Shown in pieces: positions 15,182 to 25,743 of a stretch of DNA of 64,000 bases. Origin of the DNA: Betaproteobacteria bacterium. GTDB taxonomy: Bacteria; Pseudomonadota; Gammaproteobacteria; Burkholderiales; Casimicrobiaceae. Where the stretch lies: assembly GCA_013298765.1 (NCBI GenBank), contig JAAFJA010000007.1, forward strand, positions 1-64,000, given 5' to 3'. Made by a program: the position numbers and the translations under genes. The notes beneath the pieces are model-generated. The model was not told the DNA's origin and ran no database searches. It saw nothing but the letters and a program-made list of their open reading frames with translations. The first letter of the stretch is position 1. Every line of letters starts with the position of its first letter.

Positions 15182-17131
15182 TTGACCGACATGCCCGAAC
15201 CAACGACGTTTCCGCGTCTGCTGCTCGCACACGCCGACGCGCGCCCGGACGCGCCCGCGCTGCGCGAGAAGTACCTCGGTATTTGGCAAACCTGGACATG
15301 GCGGGAAACAGCCACCGAAGTTCGCGAAGTTGCGGCCGGTTTGGCGTCGCTTGGCTTCAAGCGCGGCGATAACCTGGCGATCATTGGCGACAACCGGCCG
15401 CAACTCTATATGGCGTTTGCCTCGGCTCAATGCTTGGGCGGCGTCGCGGTTCCGATGTATCAGGATGCAGTTGCCGACGAGATGACGTACGTGCTCGACA
15501 ACGCCGAGATCAAATTCGCGATTGTTGAAGATCAAGAGCAAGTCGATAAGCTCCTCGAAGCTCGCGAAAAAGCGCCGGTAGAACACATCATTTTCGACGA
15601 CCCCCGCGGGTTGCGTAATTACAGCGCGCCTGGCCTGCAAAGCTTGGAAGCGCTGCGCGCGCTCGGCCGCGATTACATGGCGAAGCATCCGAGCTTCATC
15701 GATGCCGAAATCGAAAAAGGCAAAACGACTGACGTTTCAGTCATGCTCTACACCTCGGGCACGACCGGTAAACCGAAAGGGGTTTGCCAGACGCACGAAG
15801 CGTTCATCACGGCCGCACAAGGTGGCGTGGCGTTCGACCATCTGGTTGGCACCGACAACGTGCTTTCCTATTTGCCGATGGCGTGGGTGGGCGATCATTT
15901 GTTTTCCTACGCACAGTGGCTGGTGGCTGGCTTCACCGTGAATTGCCCCGAATCGGGCGACACCGTGATGATCGATCTTCGCGAAATCGGGCCGACGTAT
16001 TACTTCGCGCCGCCGCGTATCTTCGAAGGCATGCTGACTAACGTGATGATTCGCATGGAGGATGCGAGCAAGCTGAAGCGCTGGCTGTTCGACAAGTTCA
16101 TGGCCGTTGCCAAACGCTCGGGCGCGAAGATTCTGGATGGCGAAGCAGTAAGTTTTGGCGATCGCGTGAAGTACGCGCTGGGCAACGTATTCGTGTTTGG
16201 CCCGCTTAAAAACACGCTAGGTCTGAGCCGTATTCGCGTGGCCTACACCGCAGGCGCCGCCATCGGCCCGGATCTCTTCCGTTTCTATCGCTCGATTGGC
16301 ATCAATCTCAAGCAGCTTTACGGGCAAACGGAAACCTGTGCATACGTGACCTTGCAACCTGATCGTCAGATCAAGTTTGATAGTGTGGGCAAGGCGGCGC
16401 CGTCGGTCGAAGTGAAACTCGCTGAGAACGGTGAAGTGCTCGTGCGCGGCCCGATGGTGCTCAAGGAATACTACAAACGGCCAGACGCGACAGCGGAATC
16501 CATCGATCAAGAAGGCTATTTCCACACCGGCGATGCGGGCGTGTTCGATGGCGATGGCCACCTAAAAATTATTGATCGCGCGAAAGACGTGGGCCGCCTC
16601 GCAAATGATGCGATGTTTGCGCCGAACTACATTGAAAACAAGCTGAAGTTCTTCTCACATATCAAGGAAGCGGTGTGTTTCGGTCACGGCAAAGACGCGG
16701 TGATGGCGTTCATCAACATCGATCTCACCGCCGTGGGCAATTGGGCTGAGCGGCGAAATATCGTGTACTCGGGTTACATTGACCTGGCCGGCAAGCCCGA
16801 GGTTTACGAGCTGATCCGCGAATGTGTTGAGAAGTGCAACGCAGAACTCGCCACCGAAGGTGAACTCGCGCATTCGCAAATCGCCCGCTTCTTGGTGTTG
16901 CACAAAGAGCTTGATCCCGATGATGATGAGCTCACGCGCACACGCAAAGTCCGCCGCGGCTTCATTCAAGAAAAATACGGGCCGTTGGTAGACGCGCTTT
17001 TCAGCGGTAAACAAATGCAACACATCGAAACGCAAGTGAAATTCGAAGACGGTCGCACCGGCTCAATCGCTGCCGATATCAAGATTGCAGAGGCGAAGCG
17101 CTTCCCAGCGGTGACGAAGGCGGCGGCATGA
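15182..17131 (+). CDS. AMP-dependent synthetase/ligase (long-chain-fatty-acid--CoA ligase-like) associated with the ABC operon
   Basis: 649 aa. The AMP-binding signature reads YTSGTTGKPKGV, and YGQTE and the core GYFHTGDAG are also present. It overlaps the downstream ABC ATPase gene by 4 nt. Confidence 0.85.
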   Translation: MTDMPEPTTFPRLLLAHADARPDAPALREKYLGIWQTWTWRETATEVREVAAGLASLGFKRGDNLAIIGDNRPQLYMAFASAQCLGGVAVPMYQDAVADEMTYVLDNAEIKFAIVEDQEQVDKLLEAREKAPVEHIIFDDPRGLRNYSAPGLQSLEALRALGRDYMAKHPSFIDAEIEKGKTTDVSVMLYTSGTTGKPKGVCQTHEAFITAAQGGVAFDHLVGTDNVLSYLPMAWVGDHLFSYAQWLVAGFTVNCPESGDTVMIDLREIGPTYYFAPPRIFEGMLTNVMIRMEDASKLKRWLFDKFMAVAKRSGAKILDGEAVSFGDRVKYALGNVFVFGPLKNTLGLSRIRVAYTAGAAIGPDLFRFYRSIGINLKQLYGQTETCAYVTLQPDRQIKFDSVGKAAPSVEVKLAENGEVLVRGPMVLKEYYKRPDATAESIDQEGYFHTGDAGVFDGDGHLKIIDRAKDVGRLANDAMFAPNYIENKLKFFSHIKEAVCFGHGKDAVMAFINIDLTAVGNWAERRNIVYSGYIDLAGKPEVYELIRECVEKCNAELATEGELAHSQIARFLVLHKELDPDDDELTRTRKVRRGFIQEKYGPLVDALFSGKQMQHIETQVKFEDGRTGSIAADIKIAEAKRFPAVTKAAA

Positions 17132-17910
17132 GCGATAGAAAAATCGGCGACGTGATTTTGAAGGCGGAGAACATATCGCTCTCCTTCGGCGGCGTGAAGG
17201 CGCTCACCGATATCTCTCTTGATGTGCGCGAACATGAAATTCGCGCCATCATCGGACCGAACGGCGCGGGCAAGAGCTCAATGTTGAACGTGATCAACGG
17301 CGTCTACACGCCGCAAGAGGGCACCATCACCTATCGCGGCGAGCAACGCAAAGACATGAACACGTATGCAGCTGCTGCGAGCGGCATCGCACGTACCTTC
17401 CAAAACATCGCGCTCTTTTCCGGCATGAGCGTGCTCGACAACATCATGACCGGGCGTAATCTGAAGATCAAATCGAGCTTCGTCGAACAGGCGCTGTGGA
17501 TTGGTCGTGCCCGTCGCGAGGAAATGGAAAACCGCAAAGTCGTGGAAGAAATCATCGACTTCTTGCAGCTTCAACATGTTCGCAAGACGCCCGTTGCGCG
17601 CTTGCCATACGGCATCAAAAAGCGGGTCGAGCTTGCGCGTGCGTTAGCCGCCGAGCCCAACATGCTCTTGCTTGACGAGCCGATGGCCGGGATGAACGTG
17701 GAAGAGAAACAAGACATGTGCCGTTTTGTGCTCGACACTAACGATCAATTCGGCACCACCATCGTATTGATCGAACACGATATGGGTGTAGTGATGGACA
17801 TTTCCGATCGCGTTGCCGTGCTCGACTACGGCAAAAAAATCGGTGACGGTACGCCGGATGAAGTTCGGAACAATCCCGAAGTCATCAAGGCTTACCTGGG
17901 GGCGCACTAA
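17128..17910 (+). CDS. ABC transporter ATP-binding protein (LivG-like, branched-chain amino acid family)
   Basis: 260 aa. Walker A is GPNGAGKSS, the signature is LPYGIKKRVELARAL, and Walker B is LLLDEP. Confidence 0.85.
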   Translation: MSDRKIGDVILKAENISLSFGGVKALTDISLDVREHEIRAIIGPNGAGKSSMLNVINGVYTPQEGTITYRGEQRKDMNTYAAAASGIARTFQNIALFSGMSVLDNIMTGRNLKIKSSFVEQALWIGRARREEMENRKVVEEIIDFLQLQHVRKTPVARLPYGIKKRVELARALAAEPNMLLLDEPMAGMNVEEKQDMCRFVLDTNDQFGTTIVLIEHDMGVVMDISDRVAVLDYGKKIGDGTPDEVRNNPEVIKAYLGAH

Positions 17911-18806
17911 TGCAATTCTTTTTTGAAGTATTGATCGCAGGATTGCTCTCGGGCGTGATGTACGCGCTTGTCGCGCTCGGATTCGTGCTGATCTTCAAAG
18001 CCTCTGGCGTGTTCAATTTCGCGCAGGGTGCGATGGTGTTTTTCGCAGCGCTCACAACCGTGGGGCTGAAAGAAGAGTTTGGGCTCTCGCTGTGGGCGGC
18101 AATCCCTATCACGATGGTCGTGATGGTCTTGTTGGGTATCGCCACCGAGCGGATTGTGCTGCGACCGTTGGTGAACCAGCACGACATCACGCTCTTCATG
18201 GCAACCATCGGTCTCACCTTCTTCATTGAAGGTTTCGCACAGCTCGTGTGGGGCTCAACGGTGCGCAAGCTGGATTTGCCGATTCAAGACGTGCCCATCG
18301 AATTTGTGATGGAACGAACGGGAATGCTCATTTCGCAGTTTGACGTGATCGCGGCGATCATCTGCGCGATTCTTGTGGCCGCGCTCGCGATTCTCTTCAA
18401 CAAAACAAAAGTCGGGCGTGCACTGCGCGCCGTGGCAGACGATCATCAAGCCGCGCTCTCAGTCGGGATCCCGCTGCAACACGTGTGGGCGATTGTGTGG
18501 GCAGTCGCGGGGTTCGTCGCCCTCGTAGCCGGGTTGCTTTGGGGCGCACGAAATGGTGTGCAGTTTGCGCTCATCTTTGTTGCGCTGAAAGCGTTGCCAG
18601 TGCTGATTCTCGGCGGCTTCACTTCAGTTCCGGGCGCGATCGTTGGCGGACTGATCATCGGCGCATCCGAAAAGCTCGCTGAGGTTTACATCGGCCCCTA
18701 CGTCGGCGGCGGCATCGAAGGCTGGTTCCCGTACGTGCTCGCGCTGGTCTTCCTCTTGATTCGTCCCGAAGGCCTCTTCGGCGAAAAGATTATCCGGAGG
18801 ATCTAG
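17910..18806 (+). CDS. ABC transporter permease (LivH-like)
   Basis: 298 aa with a multi-TM profile. Its start overlaps the stop of the upstream gene. Confidence 0.85.
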   Translation: MQFFFEVLIAGLLSGVMYALVALGFVLIFKASGVFNFAQGAMVFFAALTTVGLKEEFGLSLWAAIPITMVVMVLLGIATERIVLRPLVNQHDITLFMATIGLTFFIEGFAQLVWGSTVRKLDLPIQDVPIEFVMERTGMLISQFDVIAAIICAILVAALAILFNKTKVGRALRAVADDHQAALSVGIPLQHVWAIVWAVAGFVALVAGLLWGARNGVQFALIFVALKALPVLILGGFTSVPGAIVGGLIIGASEKLAEVYIGPYVGGGIEGWFPYVLALVFLLIRPEGLFGEKIIRRI

Positions 18807-18859
18807 GCTGTGACTCATATGTTTTTCTGCCCAGTGGGCACTTCGGTCGGAGCCCGCGC

Positions 18860-19918
18860 ATGATCTATAGAGAATCCGGTCAATACAAAACGAGTTACAT
18901 CAACGACTCGCAAATTTTTCCAATTAAGCAAGATCGATATGCGGTGTTGGCGTTCATCGCCTTTGCGTTTCTCGCCGTCCCCTTCATTGCAACACCGTAT
19001 TTTTTCTCGGCGATCTTAATTCCGTTTTTGATCTTCTCGCTCGCAGCGCTTGGATTAAACATTTTGACCGGTTACGCCGGGCAAATCTCGTTAGGCACGG
19101 CTGCGTTCATGGCGGTCGGCGCATTCGCGGCATACAACTTTATGCTGCGCGTGCCGGGTATGCCGATCCTGCTCGCATTCATTTTGGGCGGCGTGTGCGC
19201 GTCCATGGTGGGTATCTTGTTCGGATTGCCAAGCTTGCGAATTCGAGGGTTCTACCTCGCGGCATCCACACTGGCGACGCAATTCTTCGTGGTGTGGTGC
19301 TTGACGAAAGTGCCTTGGTTTACCAATTACTCCTCATCGGGTGTCATCACCGCTCAAGAGGTGAAAATCCTTGGATTTCACTTCAACACACCAGAAGAGA
19401 AGTATCTTCTTGTTCTCGCAATCGTGTGTGTGATGGCGCTTCTGGCGAAAAACATGGTTCGCTCTACCGTTGGGCGCTCGTGGATGGCGGTTCGCGATAT
19501 GGACGTCGCCGCCGAGGTGATCGGCTTCAGGATCATGCGCACCAAGCTCACCGCGTTTGCGGTCAGCTCGTTCTACTGCGGCGTGGCCGGGGCGCTTTTT
19601 GCCTACTGCTACGTAGGCACCGTCGAGCCTGAGGCCTATAACCTTGATCTCTCGTTCCGGATTCTGTTCATGGTGATCATTGGTGGCCTCGGGTCAATCC
19701 TAGGCTCATTCCTGGGCGCAGGGTTTATCGTGCTGCTTCCCATCGTGCTGTCGTACATCGTGCACGTCACTGGGCTGCCTAACTCGGTGACATCAAACGT
19801 CGAGTTGATGGTGTTTGGCGCGTTGATTATTTTCTTTCTGATCGTTGAGCCGCATGGCTTGGCCCGGTTATGGCAAGTGGCAAAGGAAAAGTTGCGTTTG
19901 TGGCCATTCCCGCACTAG
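18860..19918 (+). CDS. ABC transporter permease (LivM-like)
   Basis: 352 aa with a multi-TM profile. Confidence 0.85.
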   Translation: MIYRESGQYKTSYINDSQIFPIKQDRYAVLAFIAFAFLAVPFIATPYFFSAILIPFLIFSLAALGLNILTGYAGQISLGTAAFMAVGAFAAYNFMLRVPGMPILLAFILGGVCASMVGILFGLPSLRIRGFYLAASTLATQFFVVWCLTKVPWFTNYSSSGVITAQEVKILGFHFNTPEEKYLLVLAIVCVMALLAKNMVRSTVGRSWMAVRDMDVAAEVIGFRIMRTKLTAFAVSSFYCGVAGALFAYCYVGTVEPEAYNLDLSFRILFMVIIGGLGSILGSFLGAGFIVLLPIVLSYIVHVTGLPNSVTSNVELMVFGALIIFFLIVEPHGLARLWQVAKEKLRLWPFPH

Positions 19919-19965
19919 TCCGATTCGTTTCGATACTTAAATTCAGTCAATCCAAAGGAGGATCT

Positions 19966-21285
19966 ATGAAACTGAAGTTCGTAAAGGCGTTAGCAGTGTC
20001 CGCGGTGGCTGCTACGACTGCGCTCACTGGCGCCTTGGCTACCGCACAAGAGCAGTTCATTCCCATTCTCTCGTACCGCGTCGGGCTCTATGCCGCAGGC
20101 GGCTCCGGCTTCTTCGGTGGCGCGATCGACTATTTCAACCTCGTCAATGCAAACGGCGGCATTAACGGCGTAAAAATCTCGTGGGAAGAATGCGAGACGG
20201 AATACGCAGCAACGCGCGGCGTGGAATGCTATGAGCGCCTGAAGAAGAAGAACGGTGGCGCAACGCTGGTTGAGCCCCTCGGCACCGGTATCGCCTACGG
20301 CATTTTGGATCGACTTCCTGCCGACAAAGTGCCGATGACGACATTGGGTTACGGTCGCTCCGATGCGGCTAACGGTCAAGTCTTCCCGTACGTGTTCCCA
20401 CTCATTACGAGCTACTGGAATCAAGCCGCGGGCATGATCAAGTACTTGGGCGACAAGTCGGGCGGAATGGACAAGTTAAAGGGCAAGAAGATCGTGCATC
20501 TGTATCACGATTCCGCCTACGGACGTGAGCCGTTCCCCGTGCTTGAAGCATACGAAAAGCAACTGGGCTTTCAGCTGATCAAGATTCCCGTGCCGCATCC
20601 TGGAACCGATCAAAACGCGCAGTGGTTGCAGATTCGCCAAGCCAACCCTGATCACGTCATTCTTTGGGGTTGGGGCGTGATGAATGCCGTTGCGCTCAAA
20701 ACGGCTGCACGTGTGGGCTTCCCGCGCGAGAAGATGTTGGGCGTTTGGTGGGCGGGTTCTGAAGAAGACACGATTCCAGCGGGCGACGCAGCGAAGGGCT
20801 ACACCACGATGACCTTCAACACGCCAGGCAACTATCCTGTGATCGACGAGATTCGCAAGAAAGTTTACGGCGCAAACAAAGGCAACTTGTCTGACAAAGA
20901 TCGTATTGGCTCGGTCTATCACATGCGCGGCATCACGGCCGCGATGTTGTGGGTCGAAGGCATTCGCAATGCACAGAACAAGTACGGCAAAGGCAAAGTC
21001 ATGACTGGCGAGCAAGTTCGCTGGGGGCTAGAGAACCTGAACGTCGATGAGAAGCGCCAGCGTGAATTGGGCGCACTCAACATGTTCCCAACCATCAAGA
21101 CGAGCTGCCAGGATCACGAAGGCTCGGGCGCGGTGAAAGTGCAAGTATGGGATGGCAAAGCATGGAAAGCCGTAACGCCAAACTGGGTGATCGGCGATCG
21201 CGCGATGATTCAGAAGATGGTGGCTGAGTCGTCTGCGAAGTACGCTGCAGAAAAGAAAATCACGCCTGCCTGCTTACCAGGCTAG
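19966..21285 (+). CDS. ABC transporter substrate-binding protein (Leu/Ile/Val-binding family, periplasmic)
   Basis: The start was chosen at MKLKFVKALAVSAVAATTALTGALATAQE, which gives a signal peptide. The ORF-track start at 19870 lacks one. It is about 440 aa. Confidence 0.85.
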   Translation: MKLKFVKALAVSAVAATTALTGALATAQEQFIPILSYRVGLYAAGGSGFFGGAIDYFNLVNANGGINGVKISWEECETEYAATRGVECYERLKKKNGGATLVEPLGTGIAYGILDRLPADKVPMTTLGYGRSDAANGQVFPYVFPLITSYWNQAAGMIKYLGDKSGGMDKLKGKKIVHLYHDSAYGREPFPVLEAYEKQLGFQLIKIPVPHPGTDQNAQWLQIRQANPDHVILWGWGVMNAVALKTAARVGFPREKMLGVWWAGSEEDTIPAGDAAKGYTTMTFNTPGNYPVIDEIRKKVYGANKGNLSDKDRIGSVYHMRGITAAMLWVEGIRNAQNKYGKGKVMTGEQVRWGLENLNVDEKRQRELGALNMFPTIKTSCQDHEGSGAVKVQVWDGKAWKAVTPNWVIGDRAMIQKMVAESSAKYAAEKKITPACLPG

Positions 21286-21295
21286 TGTGATTGCT

Positions 21296-21376
21296 CCCTC
21301 TCCCGCAGCGCGGGAGAGGGCTGGGGTGAGGGCGGTCGATCCAATGAATCGAGTGTCCTCCCTCCAGCCCCTTAAC
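21296..21376. repeat. REP-like GC-rich palindromic element
   Basis: The sequence is ctccctctcccgcagcgcgggagagggctggggtgagggc...cctccctccagcccc. Confidence 0.7.
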
Positions 21377-21386
21377 GTTTTCTGCA

Positions 21387-22190
21387 ATGAGCGCTTACCT
21401 AAGCATCAACAACATCGAAGTTATCTACGACCATGTGATTCTGGTGCTCAAGGGCGTGTCGCTCGAGGTGCCGAAGGGCAAGATCGTGGCGTTGCTTGGC
21501 GCGAACGGCGCAGGCAAGAGTACGACGCTCAAGGCGATTTCGAATTTGCTGCGCACCGAGCGTGGCGAAGTCACCAAAGGCTCCATCGAATTCGATGGCA
21601 AACGAACCGACAAACTCACAACCAACGACTTGGTAAAGCTGGGTGTCGTGCAAGTCATGGAAGGCCGGCATTGCTTCGCGCACTTGACCGTTGAGGAAAA
21701 TCTTCTCACCGGTGCGTACACACGAAAAATTTCGCGTGCAGAGCTGAAGAACGATTTAGAGAAGGTGTATCACTACTTCCCGCGCTTGAAGACGCGCCGC
21801 ACTTCGCAATCAGGCTACACCTCGGGCGGTGAGCAGCAGATGACCGCGGTGGGTCGCGCGCTGATGGCAAAGCCGTCGATGATTCTCCTCGACGAACCGT
21901 CGATGGGTCTCGCGCCACAAATCGTTGCCGAGATTTTCGAAATCGTGAAAGACTTGAACGCGAAAGAGGGCGTGAGTTTCTTGCTCGCGGAGCAAAACAC
22001 TAACGTCGCGCTCAAATATGCAGACTACGGCTACATCCTCGAAAACGGTCGCGTAGTGATGGACGGCGCAGCGAAAGATCTCGCATCCAACGAAGACGTG
22101 AAAGAGTTCTATCTCGGCGTGTCCTCGGGCGAGCGGAAGAGCTTTCGCGATGTGAAGAGCTATCGCCGCCGCAAGCGTTGGCTGGCGTGA
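21387..22190 (+). CDS. ABC transporter ATP-binding protein (LivF-like)
   Basis: 267 aa. Walker A is GANGAGKST, the signature is YTSGGEQQMTAVGRAL, and Walker B is ILLDEP. Confidence 0.85.
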   Translation: MSAYLSINNIEVIYDHVILVLKGVSLEVPKGKIVALLGANGAGKSTTLKAISNLLRTERGEVTKGSIEFDGKRTDKLTTNDLVKLGVVQVMEGRHCFAHLTVEENLLTGAYTRKISRAELKNDLEKVYHYFPRLKTRRTSQSGYTSGGEQQMTAVGRALMAKPSMILLDEPSMGLAPQIVAEIFEIVKDLNAKEGVSFLLAEQNTNVALKYADYGYILENGRVVMDGAAKDLASNEDVKEFYLGVSSGERKSFRDVKSYRRRKRWLA

Positions 22191-22214
22191 ACAACGTTAC
22201 GCCCTGTGATCATT

Positions 22215-22361
22215 GCCACAGATGCACACAGATTCAAACCAGTAACAAACGGATCACGCGCGCTGCACTCACGTCGAACTTTCGATGCGGGACTGCTGAT
22301 GCGAGTGACATGGCTTGTACCCATCTGTTTAATCTGTGTGCATCTGTGTAAATCTGTGGCA
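22215..22361. repeat. element of about 150 bp bounded by 21-nt inverted repeats (tgccacagatgcacacagatt / aatctgtgtgcatctgtg-ta-aatctgtggca); MITE-like or large regulatory palindrome
   Basis: The arms at 22215-22235 and 22331-22361 are exact reverse complements, and the right arm has a partial internal duplication. The element sits in the intergenic region upstream of the gamma-carbonic-anhydrase gene. Confidence 0.6.
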
Positions 22362-22375
22362 AATAATTTTCAAAC

Positions 22376-22903
22376 ATGGCTCTCTACGAACTCGACGGCA
22401 TTGCGCCCACTGTTTCTCCCTCTGCATGGGTCGCTGAATCGGCGCAGGTGATTGGCAACGTCACGTTGGGCGACAACGTCAGCATTTGGCCGGGCGTGGT
22501 GATTCGCGGCGATATGAATGTGCCGATTACGATTGGTGCAAACTCAAACATTCAAGACAACTCGGTGCTGCATGCCGATGATGGCGTGCCGCTCACCATC
22601 GGTGAAGGCGTCACCGTAGGTCATCTCGTGATGCTGCATGGCTGCACAATTGGCGATCATTCGTTGATCGGCATCGGCGCGATTGTGTTGAACAACGCGA
22701 AGATTGGTAAACACTGCCTTGTCGGCGCGAGCTCACTCGTCACTGAGGGAAAAGAGTTTGCCGATGGTTCGATGATTCTCGGCTCGCCTGCGAAAGCGGT
22801 GAAAGAGCTGCCGCCCGAAGCGCAGGAGAAACTAAAGTGGAGCGCAGGGCATTATGTTGCCAACGGCGCGCGCTTCAAACGCAGCCTCAAACGCGTTGGC
22901 TGA
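22376..22903 (+). CDS. gamma-carbonic anhydrase family protein (left-handed beta-helix / hexapeptide repeat; YrdA/PaaY-like)
   Basis: 175 aa with hexapeptide repeats and conserved His ligands (VIRGDMN, SVLHADDG, VMLHGCTIG). Confidence 0.85.
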   Translation: MALYELDGIAPTVSPSAWVAESAQVIGNVTLGDNVSIWPGVVIRGDMNVPITIGANSNIQDNSVLHADDGVPLTIGEGVTVGHLVMLHGCTIGDHSLIGIGAIVLNNAKIGKHCLVGASSLVTEGKEFADGSMILGSPAKAVKELPPEAQEKLKWSAGHYVANGARFKRSLKRVG

Positions 22904-23074
22904 GCAATGCATCGCAAATGCAAAGTATTCCCACAACACTTGAAAATGCTAGGGCTAGCGGCTGGTTGTCTAAGTAGTTAGTTGAAACGTATCTGCTCGT
23001 CTAGCCCAAATAGAATCGTCGTTCAGCCGATATTGCTATCTGGGGGCTTGACACGTTTGTTACCCTATCGATCA

Positions 23075-23515
23075 ATGTTGCTGTTTCGTTCCCATCGCCG
23101 CCTTGCTTTGATCGCGCTCGCGTTTGTCGTGCTCGCGATGCAAAGTCTCGCGCTTGTGCATCGGATCGCTCACGGCTCGCACGCTCATCACGAAGCCGCC
23201 ACGCAGACCGATGAAGTTGAACTGTGGCTCATCGTCGCGAACGGCGGTGAGGTGAGCGAAGCGGCGTGGAGGCAATCTACGAGCCCCACGCCAACAGACC
23301 CGTGGCACGCGCACGAGAACGCAAGCGATTGCGAGCGATTCGATGCGATCGCCGCAGCGCACGCGCTTTTAAGCACGACATCGCCCACGCCCGAGGCATC
23401 GCCACTGATTGAAGTCTTCACGCGTCATTACATCGCGAACATCGCTGCGCGCACCCCACGCGCTCACGCTCGCGCGCCGCCGCTCAAGGCCGCGCCCATC
23501 TACACGCTCGCCTAG
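23075..23515 (+). CDS. hypothetical His-rich protein, possibly DUF2946-like, upstream of a TonB-dependent receptor
   Basis: The start was chosen at MLLFRSHRRLALIALAFVVLAMQSLA, which gives a signal/TM segment. His clusters are present (HRIAHGSHAHHE, WHAHEN) along with a Cys. Such small His/Cys proteins commonly precede copper-type TonB receptors. This assignment is an inference. Confidence 0.4.
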   Translation: MLLFRSHRRLALIALAFVVLAMQSLALVHRIAHGSHAHHEAATQTDEVELWLIVANGGEVSEAAWRQSTSPTPTDPWHAHENASDCERFDAIAAAHALLSTTSPTPEASPLIEVFTRHYIANIAARTPRAHARAPPLKAAPIYTLA

Positions 23516-23619
23516 GCGAGCGTCCTTCCCTCCTTGCACCACTCGCGCGCTTTGCGTGCGAGTCGCTGCGTTTTGTTTTTCGACATAACGACGTCTGCGC
23601 GTTTTGGGCGTGCGCCGCT

Positions 23620-25743
23620 TTGTCTCACTGCCTCATTCTTATGCACCACAACCTCTCTCAAAACCCGCAGCGCGCAAAACCTGCGCGACGGTTACTCGTC
23701 CTTGCAATATCTGCATGCCTAACGCCTTACGCGGCGCATGCGCAAACGAGTTCGCCGCAACGAGTCGAACCGATTGTCGTCACCGGTAACCCGTTTGAGC
23801 GCGCCATCGCTGGGCAGCCGTGGTCCGTGCTGTCCGGCGAAGAGCTTGCCCAGAGACAAAGCGGCACACTCGGCGAAACCCTAAACGGTTTGCCAGGCGT
23901 ATCGTCCTCCTACTTCGGCCCAAACTCTTCGCGCCCTATCATCCGCGGCCTTGATAGCGAGCGCATTCGCGTGCTGGAAAACGGCGCATCGTCGGTCGAT
24001 GCGGCATCGCTCTCGTTTGATCATGCCGTACCCATTGATCCAATCGCAATCGAGCGCATTGAAGTGTTGCGCGGCCCTGCGGCGCTGCTCTACGGCGGCG
24101 CAGCGGTGGGCGGTGTGGTGAACGCAATTAGTAACCGTATTCCAAAGCGCGCATTCAAGCAGCCGACGTTCATGTTGCAAACGCAATTCGGCGGCGCGGA
24201 GCGTACCGCGATGGGCGCGGTCAGCGCGAATGCAAGCTTCGGGCAATTGAGCCTTCATGCCGATGCGTCGCGTCGCGAAACGGAAGACTTGCGCGTTCCT
24301 ACGTTCACCCTGCCTGATGGCGATACCGCCAATCGAGTCGTGAACTCAGCGCTCGAAGCCACCTCCGGCGCGTTTGGCCTTTCACACATGACAGCCAACG
24401 GCTACATCGGCGCATCGTTTGATAGCTACCGCAGCAAGTACGGCATCGTCGTCGAGCCTGATGTGACCATTGATTTGAAGCGCGACAAATTCATGCTCGC
24501 GGGCGAGCAACGCGTCGCTGGTTCGCTGTTTAACACGTGGTCTGGACACTTCGCTCACACGCGCTATCAGCATCAAGAGATCGAGGGCACGGGTGAAGTG
24601 GGAACGACCTTCAAGAATCGCGGATACGAGTGGCGCGTCGAAGGTAAAACGATGCAATACGGGCCTTGGCGCAGCGTGATCGGCGTAAGCGGTGACAACA
24701 CGCGCTTTTCCGCAGTGGGCGAAGAAGCGTTTGTACCGCCGACAAAGTCGAGCAACGCGGCGCTCTTTGCTAAACAGGAAGGCAAGTTCGGCGACTCGCT
24801 CATTGCATTTGGCGGGCGCTACGAGCGAAATCGTGTCTCCGCGAGCGACGTGCTTGATGAAGAAGGTGATTCGCGCTTTGGCCCCGCTGACTCGAAGCGC
24901 TTGAACCTTGCGAGTGCATCTTTCGGCCTTACGCAAAAGCTCTCGAATTCATTTTCGCTCCTCAGCAATCTCTCGTATTCAGAGCGCGCACCGTCTTACT
25001 TCGAGCGCTATGCGGATGGAGTGCATGTCGCCACCGCTGCTTATGAGCGCGGCGACCGCAATCTACCGAAGGAAAAATCAACTCATTTTGATGTTGGCTT
25101 CGCCTACAAACAAGGCCCATTTGCGGCGCAGGTAACCGCGTTCTCCTCTCGTCACAAGAACTTTGTCTCGCTTGATTTCACCGGCGAATTCTTCAAGGAA
25201 GAGAGCGAAGCGGCGAGCGCACAAAAAGGCGGTGAACACGAAGGCGAGTTGCCGATCTACCAATTCCGCGCTGTGCCAGCGCGATTCTCCGGCCTCGAAT
25301 TCGAATCGTCGCTGCGCGTGATTGACGCCCCTAGCTCGACGCTTGACCTCGGTCTGGGTATCGATCTCGTTCGCGCAACCAATCGCGCTTCTAACGAGCC
25401 GCTGCCGCGTATCGCACCGACGCGAATCACGTTTAACGCAACCTATCGCGCTGGCCCGTGGAAACTGCGCGGCGAAGTGGTGCATGCAGCGAAGCAAACG
25501 CGCATCCCGCTCGTGGAGCGCGAGGAGAACGATGCTGGCGACGGAACCACTGGCGCGTACACGATGCTCAACTTAAGCGCTGCATACGACATCCGTGTGG
25601 GCCGATTGAACGGCAACGTGTTCGTGAAAGCGACCAACCTGACCAATGAGCTTGGCTACAACGCCGCATCCATTCGTAGCGTGCGTGAGCTATCGCCGCT
25701 ACCTGGGCGAGGCATTCGCGCCGGTTTGACGTTCACGTTCTAG
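23620..25743 (+). CDS. TonB-dependent outer-membrane receptor (OprC/NosA copper-type likely)
   Basis: 707 aa with a signal peptide. The TonB box/plug reads PIVVTGNP...LNGLPGV. The beta-barrel C-terminus ends in ...RAGLTFTF. Confidence 0.9.
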   Translation: MSHCLILMHHNLSQNPQRAKPARRLLVLAISACLTPYAAHAQTSSPQRVEPIVVTGNPFERAIAGQPWSVLSGEELAQRQSGTLGETLNGLPGVSSSYFGPNSSRPIIRGLDSERIRVLENGASSVDAASLSFDHAVPIDPIAIERIEVLRGPAALLYGGAAVGGVVNAISNRIPKRAFKQPTFMLQTQFGGAERTAMGAVSANASFGQLSLHADASRRETEDLRVPTFTLPDGDTANRVVNSALEATSGAFGLSHMTANGYIGASFDSYRSKYGIVVEPDVTIDLKRDKFMLAGEQRVAGSLFNTWSGHFAHTRYQHQEIEGTGEVGTTFKNRGYEWRVEGKTMQYGPWRSVIGVSGDNTRFSAVGEEAFVPPTKSSNAALFAKQEGKFGDSLIAFGGRYERNRVSASDVLDEEGDSRFGPADSKRLNLASASFGLTQKLSNSFSLLSNLSYSERAPSYFERYADGVHVATAAYERGDRNLPKEKSTHFDVGFAYKQGPFAAQVTAFSSRHKNFVSLDFTGEFFKEESEAASAQKGGEHEGELPIYQFRAVPARFSGLEFESSLRVIDAPSSTLDLGLGIDLVRATNRASNEPLPRIAPTRITFNATYRAGPWKLRGEVVHAAKQTRIPLVEREENDAGDGTTGAYTMLNLSAAYDIRVGRLNGNVFVKATNLTNELGYNAASIRSVRELSPLPGRGIRAGLTFTF

